From the NCBI GenBank assembly GCA_019247755.1, contig JAFBAM010000162.1, positions 1 through 37,690 on the forward strand: a DNA stretch of 37,690 nucleotides. The letters run 5' to 3'. The position numbers were made by a program, and so were the translations under genes. Each line of letters starts with the position of its first letter. Position 1 is the stretch's first letter. Shown one piece after another: positions 19,401 through 26,460 of the stretch. The stretch comes from Sphingomonas sp. (lineage in GTDB: Bacteria > Pseudomonadota > Alphaproteobacteria > Sphingomonadales > Sphingomonadaceae). The notes under the pieces were generated by a model, which saw only the letters and a list, made by a program, of their open reading frames with translations, searched no databases and had not been told where the DNA came from.

Positions 19401-19523
19401 CAACTCATGGACGACGAAAAGACGTCGCATCCATTCTACTGGTCGGCTTTCGCAGCCGTCGGGGATGGCGACATTCCGGTGATCCGCGTGCCCAAGGCGC
19501 AGATCGCCGCAAGCGGCAACTAG
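16440..19523 (+). CDS. Exported TPR + CHAT (caspase/HetF-like) cysteine protease
   Basis: Signal peptide and helical TPR-like middle. CHAT motifs LIFEPDG.M..LP, HFATHG (His), VILSACDT (Cys), ASHWPV and HPFYWSAF. GGAGG RBS. Confidence 0.92.
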   Translation: MRKLAIAIAAITGLAGAAASSWGATPLSVRDTWRIGSSGTSFCSAQSLTIDPALARMFDAGYSITCRDAALPVGKLYKLQATSDAADRIARERGSRANCDAPQRGNVQGIGAVDLIECKLKDADVAYRAYQLRRGKLYFAAEGLAGYDSALQLGLRSLVADQPVKGEISIATTGLGDPAAFARVQAGTLAPDKALEEAYRRNNAGSYAEAAEFFAAAGGSSNEAAQSRAEALVNEALQKSNLGRFAEADSLFSRAAEQVGKDPVVARRLRNYRAIHELNQRDPKAALAELDKPLPKGVSEDENVAAARLEIDNVMAKRLNADSKLGQQLGVQSDELLPAEKIEILEGQALQLRGTSLRLTGDRAGARDALLRADARLQAVRGGKVASILWMRAQIFGDLGAIAEEAGDRAQADKLYRDAVALLDKNYPGTAVLLNARARLAGYLARSGQLAIAESMFSEIVHSQPDTSNLPPSFANVLRPYVDLLLQKGDDPKALAEIFAATQLMVRPGLAQTQAVLARELTGGTDEASRLFRQAVTLTRQAERARIELARLDDLAKPSPQEQVRARVLRATLDTSQKEQLTTQAALSSFPRFRAVASDTIPLADLQKVLRPGEAYYRMTIVGDHVYAMMVTPEAAHAVKLNVTAKQIGDQVDALRDTISTIENGQRMTYPFDVALSHQLYGELFGSFATALPSVKHLIFEPDGPMLRLPINLLVMDQASVDAYNQRAKASDDAAYDFRGVGWLGRDRDISTSVSPRSFAQLRNVPPSAGPREYLGLGENTPPSASAEGQIPSAADRDCVLPLSSWAHPISAKELEIASGILRRFDPNGVQVVTGDQFTDTAIKARDDLDQYRILHFATHGVVTARAAKCAAQPALLTSFGGAGSNGLLTFKDIFDLHLDADVVILSACDTAGKASAAATAQAGLSTGGDVALDGLVRAFVGAGGRLVVASHWPVPDDYNATQRLITGLFSAPPGTPTVTALRLSQRQLMDDEKTSHPFYWSAFAAVGDGDIPVIRVPKAQIAASGN

Positions 19524-19527
19524 CGGC

Positions 19528-19794
19528 TTATTGCTCGTCGGGCTGAGGCGTGGCCGGCTGATCGCCGCAACGGCAGGTGGTCACTCGCGGAGCAACGCGG
19601 CGCTTGATCGGCGTGGGAGCCGTTTCCGGTGCGGCCCGGACCGTTTCAGCGGAAGCAAGGACGATTGGTGCCGACGGATGGGCCTGCGAGTCGGACTGGC
19701 CCGCCGGTTGTTTCAATTCGGCCTTCTGCGGATCGGCGAGTGCAGCGCCCCCGAACAGCAGCAAACTGGTCATTGCCATCGCGAAAAAGCGCAT
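19528..19794 (-). CDS. Small exported protein with C-terminal CxC motif
   Basis: GAGGGA RBS, signal peptide MRFFAMAMTSLLLFGGAALA, P/A/Q-rich body and RVTTCRCGD. Confidence 0.65.
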   Translation of the reverse strand: MRFFAMAMTSLLLFGGAALADPQKAELKQPAGQSDSQAHPSAPIVLASAETVRAAPETAPTPIKRRVAPRVTTCRCGDQPATPQPDEQ

Positions 19795-19972
19795 CGCTTT
19801 ATCCCTCACTCCGGGGTGAAGGAGATACGGAAACGCGGTTTCGGTCCGCTTGCGCTAACTGGTTAAAAGCAAAGCAAGATTCGCCCGTGCGAACTCTCGG
19901 CCGCACTGAAAAACTTACAGGATTTCAATGATATAACAGCACTAACAAGGATTGTCGGCACGCCGACTTTCG

Positions 19973-20001
19973 TTGACTTTGCGTTAACAAATCTGCAAAA
20001 T
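19973..20001 (+). promoter_or_regulatory. Sigma70-like promoter overlapped by a CtrA-box-like motif
   Basis: TTGACT-N17-CAAAAT, with TTGA-N7-TTAAC at 19973-19988 (consensus TTAA-N7-TTAAC). Lies 31 nt upstream of ATG 20033. Confidence 0.55.
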
Positions 20002-20032
20002 GGGCGCCTTGACTCAGTCACGGGGGCAACCA

Positions 20033-21763
20033 ATGGCAAGCAGTCTTTCGACGTCCAATAACCGCAAGATGATTCTAACCGGCGCGGCGGTTCTCGCCGT
20101 CGGTATCGGGGCGTATGGCCTGGGGCGCGTCTACCCGCCGCTCGGGCCGAGTGAAGGGACTGTCGGCGCGTCGCAGCGCTATGTGAACGCTCAGCTGAGC
20201 GACAAGGATGTTACCCTGGGTGACACCTCGGTCCCGCAACTGATGCAGACCGACGCGTTCGAGGCGATGGTTCACAATCCGACCTTCCGGACGCTCGCGC
20301 ACGACGCCAACTTCCAGGCGCTCGCTTCCAATCCTGTAGCGATGGCGGCGCTCGCGTCCAACGCGCCGGCATTCCAGGCACTGGCCGGCAATCCGGCCGC
20401 GTTCGGTGCACTGGCGCACGCAGCGCAGCAGATCGGCGCCAACAATGGCGCGGCCAATGCCGCCGGATCGCAAGCTGCCGCGGCGCTTGCGCAGAATGCC
20501 GACTCCTTCAAGGCGCTGGCTTCGCAGCCCGCCGCGATCCAGGCAGTCGCCGATCACGCCCAGGCCTTCGCGGCGCTCGCGGGTCACGACGCGGCTTTCC
20601 AGGTGATGCTGCAGAATGCGCAGGCGTTCGCGAAGTTCGCCGGTAATGCGCCTGCGTTTCAGGCGGCGGCGGCCAATGCTGCGGCCAACAGCCTGATGGC
20701 GAGCCAGGCGGCGTCGTTCCAATCGCTGGCTGCTGATGCGAAAGCGATGAACGCGCTGAAGAGCGACGCTTCGTTCTTCCAGTCGCTCGCAGCCAACGCC
20801 AAGGCGTTCGATGCATTGGCCTCGACCAATGCGAGCTACCAGGCGGCGTTCAACGACAAGGCGCTCGCGGCGATGGCCGCCAACGCAGCTTCGTTCCAGG
20901 CGCTGGCATCCAATCCGCAGATGATGAACGCGGCGATCACGCAAGCCCAGTCAATCAACTCGGCGTTCGGCGGTGCCAATGCCGGGGCTGTGCAGGCGCT
21001 GGTCGGCAACGCCGCGAACTTCCAGGTTCTCGCATCGCAGCCCGCGGCGGTGCAGGCGGTCGCCGATCATGCGCAGGCGTTCGCGGCGCTTGCCGGTCAC
21101 GATGCGGCGTTTCAGGTCATGCTGAAGAATGCCGAAGCATTCGCGAAGTTTGCTGGTAACCCAGCCGCCTTCCAGGCTGCCGCGGCCAATGCTGCTGCAA
21201 ATAACGTAATGGCCAGTCAGGCAGCGTCGTTCCAGTCGCTCGCTGCTGACGCCAAAGCGATGAATGCGCTGAAGAGCGATGCCTCGTTCTTTCAGTCGCT
21301 CGCGGCCAACGCCAAGGCGTTCGATGCATTGGCTTCGTCCAACGCCAGCTTCCAGGCGGCGTTCAACGACAAGCTGATGGCGGCAGTAGCGGCCAACGCA
21401 GGCGCGTTCGAGAAGTTCGCGGCCAATGCGAAAGCCGTGCAAGCGGCGGCCAGCGCGGCGCAGGCGCTGAATGCACAGGCGGCGGCAGCAGCGGCGGCGG
21501 ATGCCAAGGCGATTGACGCCCGCGCGGCCTCGCTCGCAGCGGCCTACCCTCAAGCGTTTGCCGTGATGAGCCAGAATTCGGCGGCGTTCCAGGCACTCGC
21601 CGGAAATCCGTCGGCGCTTCAGCTGTTTGCGGCAAATGCGAAGGCGTTCGAAACGCTTGGACACGATGCGAACTTCCAGGCGCTCGTAACCAACGCGGCG
21701 TTCGCATCGGCCGTTCGTAGCGGTGATCTGGCCAACGCGGTCAACGCAGCTGCGGCTCAGTAA
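20033..21763 (+). CDS. Membrane-anchored Ala-rich decapeptide-repeat protein of unknown function
   Basis: GGGGG RBS, then an N-terminal basic plus TM segment and a short unique linker. About 490 aa of xAFxxLAx[N/D]A repeats follow. Confidence 0.85.
   Translation: MASSLSTSNNRKMILTGAAVLAVGIGAYGLGRVYPPLGPSEGTVGASQRYVNAQLSDKDVTLGDTSVPQLMQTDAFEAMVHNPTFRTLAHDANFQALASNPVAMAALASNAPAFQALAGNPAAFGALAHAAQQIGANNGAANAAGSQAAAALAQNADSFKALASQPAAIQAVADHAQAFAALAGHDAAFQVMLQNAQAFAKFAGNAPAFQAAAANAAANSLMASQAASFQSLAADAKAMNALKSDASFFQSLAANAKAFDALASTNASYQAAFNDKALAAMAANAASFQALASNPQMMNAAITQAQSINSAFGGANAGAVQALVGNAANFQVLASQPAAVQAVADHAQAFAALAGHDAAFQVMLKNAEAFAKFAGNPAAFQAAAANAAANNVMASQAASFQSLAADAKAMNALKSDASFFQSLAANAKAFDALASSNASFQAAFNDKLMAAVAANAGAFEKFAANAKAVQAAASAAQALNAQAAAAAAADAKAIDARAASLAAAYPQAFAVMSQNSAAFQALAGNPSALQLFAANAKAFETLGHDANFQALVTNAAFASAVRSGDLANAVNAAAAQ
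20519..21373 (+). repeat. Intragenic direct duplication: about 20519-20860 and 21032-21373 (offset 513 nt)
   Basis: The segment ASQPAA.QAVADHAQAFAALAGHDAAFQVML...QAAFNDK occurs twice, near-identical in protein with many synonymous differences. Confidence 0.92.
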
Positions 21764-21791
21764 CGGCGCCGGGGGCGCCTGAAGGGGGGAC

Positions 21792-24700
21792 ATGCGGGGG
21801 TACGGCGCGCGGCCGCGTGCATTTGTGGCCGCAGCAATCGCCGCGGCGTGGTGCGGGGGTTCGGCCCCCGCACTCGCCCAGGCGCAGCAGAAGCCGCCCC
21901 CACCCCAGTCCGACACGACCACGATCGAGGAGCCAGTCACCAAGCCGGAGAGACCGGCTGAGCCGACATCTCCCCGGCCTAAGGAGGGGCCTGCTCACGT
22001 TCCGCCGGACGCATCGGGCATCGACCTCAGCGAGATCGACACTCACGACCTTGAACTGCTCTATTTCGATCCCGCGCAGACCTATCTGACGCCTTACGTC
22101 GGCCGAGCCTTCACCAACGCGCTCCGCTTCCACGAGAAGAAATTCAACTGGACGCCGTGGGAGCGGACGACTGTGCTGCTCAAGGATTTCGGCGACTACG
22201 GAAACGCGGCGGCTCGTGCGTCGCCGAACAACGCCGTGTTGCTCGACGTTGCGCCGCTGAGCCAAACGATGGAGACCTTTTCCGCGGGCGAGCGCTTCTT
22301 CACGCTCAACAACCACGAGCTCGCCCACGTGGCGACGATGGATGTCTGGAATCGCCAGGATGCAGGCTGGCGACGCTTCTTCCATGGCAAGCCGATGCCG
22401 TTGCAGGAGCATCCCGAATCCATCCTGTGGAATTACCTATCGGTTCCGCGGACCAACGTGCCTCGCTGGTATCTCGAGGGCAGCGCGGTTTTCTTCGAGA
22501 CCTGGATGGCGGGCGGCCTCGGTCGCGCACAGGGCGCGTATGACGAAATGGTGTGGCGAGCGAAGGTTCGCGACCACGATCGCATCTTCTCGCCGCTAGG
22601 CCTCGAATCCGAAGGCATCGCCAAGGACTTCCAGGTCGGCGTCAACGACTATCTCTACGGCACGCGCTTCTTTTCTTACCTCGCGCTGACCTACGGGCCC
22701 GAGAGAACCGTCGACTGGCTGCGGCGGCCGGAGGGTAGCGAGGCTTTCTACGCGGCCCGCTTCCGCCAGGTATTCGGCAAGCCGCTCGACGAGGTCTGGA
22801 ATGACTGGATCGCCTTCGAGCAGCAGTTTCAGCAAGCCAACCTCGCCAAGCTCTCGCAATATCCGCTGACCGAGACCCAAAAGCTGAGCCCGCGCGGCCT
22901 CGGCTCCATCTCGCGTGGTTTCATCGACCCCAAGACGAACAGCCTGATCGCGGCCTTCCGCTACCCCGGCACCATCGGCTTCTTCGGCCGGATGGACCTG
23001 ACGACGGGCAAGCTGACCGAGCTGCAAGAGATCAAAGGGATGATGTTGTACCGGGTGACGAGCCTAGCGTTCGATCCGGATTCACGCACCGCCTTCTACA
23101 CCGAGGACAACGGTGCGTTCCGTGACATCATCGCGGTCGACGTCGACACTGGGAAGAAGCGCAAGCTCCTGAAAGACGCGCGCATCGGGGACCTGGTCTT
23201 CGACGCCCGCGACAAGTCGCTTTGGGGCATTCGTCACCAGAACGGCTTTGCCACCATCGTCCGAATCCCCGCGCCCTACAGCGGGTTCAACCAGGTCCAC
23301 ACCTTCAAGTACGGACAGATCCCGTTCGACCTCGACGTCTCGCCCGACGGAACCCTGATGGCGGCTTCGTTCGGCGAGGTGAACGGCGAACAGACGATGC
23401 GTGTCTGGCGGATGGATTCCTTCTTCTCGGAATCGGGCGAACCGGTCGAAGTCGCGCGCCTGTCGCTGCCGCCGTCGATGCCTGAAGGTTTCACCTTCGC
23501 GCCTGATGGAAAGACGATGTACGGGACGTCCTATTACACCGGCGCGTCCAACGTTTTCCGCTTCGATATCGCGAGCGGCAAATATGACGCGGTCAGCAAT
23601 GCCTCGACGGGCTTCTTCCGCCCGATCGCGCAGGCGGACGGCTCATTGATCGCTTACGAATATAGCGGCGAGGGCCTGCAGCCCGTCCGCTTCGAGCCCG
23701 ACGTCAAACAGGACCTCGGCAACGTCGAGTTCCTCGGCACGCGAGTGGTCGAGACCCATCCGGAGCTTAAGACCTGGGGCGTTGGTTCGCCGGCGAGAAT
23801 TCCGCTGGACGAGCTGGTCACGGGTCGCGGTAAATATAGCGCAGCGCAGCAGCGCAAGTTCGCCAGCACCTACCCGATCATCGAAGGCTACAAGGGTAAG
23901 GTCTCACCGGGCTGGTATTTTCACTGGGAAGACCCGCTGCAGTTCAACCAGATCAACGCGACGATCAGCGTTACCCCGTTCAACCATCTGAAGTTCAAGG
24001 AGCGCTTTCACGCCTCGCTCCAGCTCAAGACGCTGAACTGGGATCTCAAATATCTGCACAACGGCGCCGATTTTTATGACTTGGCAGGCCCGGTAGAGCG
24101 CAGCCGCAAGGGCGATTCCGTCGTCGCGACTTATAACAAGACCATTATTTATGACCCGCCGCGCCAGCTCGACCTGTTCGCTACCGGAGCGGTTTACACT
24201 GGGTTGGAGCGGCTACCGAACGCGCAGAACGTCGTCAGTCCAAGCAACATCGAGTCAGTCGAGATTGGCGCGAAATACCACGACTTCCGACAGTCGCTCG
24301 GCGGCGTCGATCATGAAAAGGGCTTTGCGTGGCGGGTCCTTGCCGACCTCGATTATGCGCAAGGGCAGGCCTTTCCCAAACTCTACGGAGGTATCGACTA
24401 TGGCGTGCCGCTCCCGCTCGATAACAGCTCTGTCTGGGTCTATGCGCATGCCGGAACCGCAGCCGGCGATCGCACCAGCCCGCTTTCCGCTTTTTACTTT
24501 GGCTCTTTCCGCAACAATTACGTCGATAACCGGCCGGTCAAGCGCTACCGCGAGATGGAAAGCTTTCCGGGCTTCTCCATCGACGAGATCGAGGCGCGCC
24601 GGTTCGCCAAGCTCACGGGTGAGATCAACCTGCCACCGCTCCGCTTCGCCGAGGTGGGGGCGCCGGCATTTTTCCTAAGCTATGTTCGCCCGGCCGTGTT

Positions 24701-24890
24701 CGGCGGCTTTATGGCCACCGAGGCACCCGATAAAAGCGGTCACCACTATGCCGATTTCGGCGCTCAGCTTGATCTTGCGTTCACTGTCGCCCTGCGCCTG
24801 CCCATGGTCTTCTCGGTCGGCGCCGCAGGCGGATGGCGGGACGGCCATTATCGCAAGACCGAGTGGATGGCATCGCTGAAGATCCTGTGA
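21792..24890 (+). CDS. Exported multidomain protein: gluzincin-like metallopeptidase, beta-propeller and probable C-terminal outer-membrane beta-barrel
   Basis: Signal peptide ...ALA-QA. HELAH (22314-22328) with downstream PRWYLEGSA. TolB/WD-like blades (SLAFDPD, DVSPDGT, TFAPDGK) and an aromatic-rich amphipathic beta C-terminal third. Confidence 0.75.
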   Translation: MRGYGARPRAFVAAAIAAAWCGGSAPALAQAQQKPPPPQSDTTTIEEPVTKPERPAEPTSPRPKEGPAHVPPDASGIDLSEIDTHDLELLYFDPAQTYLTPYVGRAFTNALRFHEKKFNWTPWERTTVLLKDFGDYGNAAARASPNNAVLLDVAPLSQTMETFSAGERFFTLNNHELAHVATMDVWNRQDAGWRRFFHGKPMPLQEHPESILWNYLSVPRTNVPRWYLEGSAVFFETWMAGGLGRAQGAYDEMVWRAKVRDHDRIFSPLGLESEGIAKDFQVGVNDYLYGTRFFSYLALTYGPERTVDWLRRPEGSEAFYAARFRQVFGKPLDEVWNDWIAFEQQFQQANLAKLSQYPLTETQKLSPRGLGSISRGFIDPKTNSLIAAFRYPGTIGFFGRMDLTTGKLTELQEIKGMMLYRVTSLAFDPDSRTAFYTEDNGAFRDIIAVDVDTGKKRKLLKDARIGDLVFDARDKSLWGIRHQNGFATIVRIPAPYSGFNQVHTFKYGQIPFDLDVSPDGTLMAASFGEVNGEQTMRVWRMDSFFSESGEPVEVARLSLPPSMPEGFTFAPDGKTMYGTSYYTGASNVFRFDIASGKYDAVSNASTGFFRPIAQADGSLIAYEYSGEGLQPVRFEPDVKQDLGNVEFLGTRVVETHPELKTWGVGSPARIPLDELVTGRGKYSAAQQRKFASTYPIIEGYKGKVSPGWYFHWEDPLQFNQINATISVTPFNHLKFKERFHASLQLKTLNWDLKYLHNGADFYDLAGPVERSRKGDSVVATYNKTIIYDPPRQLDLFATGAVYTGLERLPNAQNVVSPSNIESVEIGAKYHDFRQSLGGVDHEKGFAWRVLADLDYAQGQAFPKLYGGIDYGVPLPLDNSSVWVYAHAGTAAGDRTSPLSAFYFGSFRNNYVDNRPVKRYREMESFPGFSIDEIEARRFAKLTGEINLPPLRFAEVGAPAFFLSYVRPAVFGGFMATEAPDKSGHHYADFGAQLDLAFTVALRLPMVFSVGAAGGWRDGHYRKTEWMASLKIL

Positions 24891-24894
24891 GCAG

Positions 24895-25953
24895 ATGAGC
24901 AGCATCTTACTGATCGACGGAGTGCATTGGGGCGTCGCGCTGATCCCCGTCCTTGCCATGCTTGGTCTGTTCGTTTGGCTCGACACGTTTGCGCTGATGA
25001 GCCTTCGCGAAGTCCTTCTCTTATTGCTTCTGGGCTCGATCGGAGCGCTTGCGGCGTGGCCAGTCAGCGGCCGCCTCCTCGACACACTGCCGATCGGCTT
25101 TTCGCTCTATAGCCGGTTCATCGCCCCATGGATCGAGGAAGCGATCAAAGCCGCGATCATCATCGTGCTTTTCCGCATGAATCGCATCGGCTACAAGCTG
25201 GACGCGGTCATATCGGGGTTCGCGATCGGGGCCGGCTTCTCGGTGATCGAGAACATTTTCTACCTCACGATCTTTCCCAGTTACGGCACTGGCACCTGGC
25301 TCGTACGCGGGTTCGGGACAGCCATCATGCACGGCACGACGGTGGCAGTACTGGCAGCCATCGCCCACGAGTTCGCCGAGCGGGAAACACGGGAATCCGC
25401 CGGGGAGTTCGACTTCAGCCTGCTCTGGTTCGTCCCTGGCTATGGCCTCGCCGTCGCGCTCCACATGGCTTTCAATCAGTTCCCTGACCGACCAATGATC
25501 TCCATGATGGGATCAATCCTGATCGCGCCGCTGGTCATCCTGGCGATCCTTCACTTTGGAGCCGCCGAAGCGCAAGGCTGGCTTGCCGCCGAAAGTGCCG
25601 AGCATAAGCGTCAGCTCGAGATTTTGCGCGCGGGCGGATGGCCCGCGGGCGCCGCCGGTCAGAAGATTGCCGCACTTGCGGCGCGCCTGGACGAAGAAGG
25701 TACGAAGCGTGTCCGTCGCTATTGGGAACTTCAGGCTTGGCTAGTGGCGGAGGCCGAGGAAACGCTGATGGAGGAAGCGGCGGGCGACGCCGAATTCGAC
25801 CCTACCGCCATTCGAGCAGCGTTTGCGGAATTGGACGGCCTGAAGCGGGCCCTGGGTCGCAGCACTTTCGTGGCGCTGCAGGCGCTACTCCCGTTCAGCC
25901 GGAACGACCTTTGGGAGGTCACCGAGCTAAAGCAACGGATCAACCGTCGCTGA
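24895..25953 (+). CDS. PrsW-family intramembrane protease with C-terminal soluble extension
   Basis: PWIEEAIK (EExxK), GFSVIEN (FxxxE), AIMHG and LHMAFN (HxxxN); about 8 TM helices. Confidence 0.9.
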   Translation: MSSILLIDGVHWGVALIPVLAMLGLFVWLDTFALMSLREVLLLLLLGSIGALAAWPVSGRLLDTLPIGFSLYSRFIAPWIEEAIKAAIIIVLFRMNRIGYKLDAVISGFAIGAGFSVIENIFYLTIFPSYGTGTWLVRGFGTAIMHGTTVAVLAAIAHEFAERETRESAGEFDFSLLWFVPGYGLAVALHMAFNQFPDRPMISMMGSILIAPLVILAILHFGAAEAQGWLAAESAEHKRQLEILRAGGWPAGAAGQKIAALAARLDEEGTKRVRRYWELQAWLVAEAEETLMEEAAGDAEFDPTAIRAAFAELDGLKRALGRSTFVALQALLPFSRNDLWEVTELKQRINRR

Positions 25954-25972
25954 CCGTAACGGTTACCCTTTC

Positions 25973-25980
25973 TTAACCAT
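25973..25980 (+). promoter_or_regulatory. CtrA half-site-like motif TTAACCAT upstream of the PilZ gene
   Basis: Exact 8-mer, preceded by the palindrome GTAACGGTTAC. Confidence 0.4.
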
Positions 25981-26016
25981 CGGCCGCACTACTGCCGTTT
26001 TCAGCAGGAGCGCGTG

Positions 26017-26460
26017 ATGCCCATGCTTGCCCACTTTGAGGAACTGGCACCCAAGGAACGTCGCCGAGCGGCCCGCCGCGCGCTTCGCTTGGGTATTGGC
26101 TCGAAGGACGTGAAAAGTGGGTTCGAACAGGTCACGATCCATGACCTGTCGCTCACCGGGGCTCTCCTGGAGACATCGATCCCGATGTTGAACGGCGCGA
26201 TCTTCGAGTTCGAGCTTCCTCAGGCCGGGCTGGTGGAGGCCGAAATCATCTGGAGCAGCGGCGAATATTACGGAGCGCAGTTCACGCTGCCGATCGCCCC
26301 TTCCGCGCTGAGCGCCGCAATACTCAAGGCTCAACCGATCTCGTCTGCCGGAGAAGCGGTCGATCCGCTGTCCGAGCTGAAGGAGCTCAACGCCGAAGTC
26401 GAGCGCGTCGCTCTTAAGATGGAAAGCGCGCTTGCACGTCTGAGTAAGAAAGAGCTTTAG
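26017..26460 (+). CDS. PilZ-domain protein (putative c-di-GMP receptor) with C-terminal coiled coil
   Basis: RxxxR (ERRRAARR) and DxSxxG (DLSLTGA). AGGAG RBS at 26006-26010. Alternative start GTG 26014. Confidence 0.88.
   Translation: MPMLAHFEELAPKERRRAARRALRLGIGSKDVKSGFEQVTIHDLSLTGALLETSIPMLNGAIFEFELPQAGLVEAEIIWSSGEYYGAQFTLPIAPSALSAAILKAQPISSAGEAVDPLSELKELNAEVERVALKMESALARLSKKEL

Noticed and set aside
16440-19523. CHAT protease as a CRISPR-associated or anti-phage caspase
   Set aside because: No cas genes, array, gasdermin-like or NTPase partner is present. The signal peptide and TPS context point to an envelope role.
20033-21763. Repeat region as a CRISPR array, ice-nucleation protein or RiPP precursor
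   Set aside because: The repeats are degenerate, in frame and lack spacers. There are no AGYGST octamers and no RiPP-modifying enzymes nearby.
21765-21779. GGCGCC-ggg-GGCGCC hairpin as a terminator
   Set aside because: It has no U-tract and abuts the next RBS. At most it is an mRNA stability or translation element.
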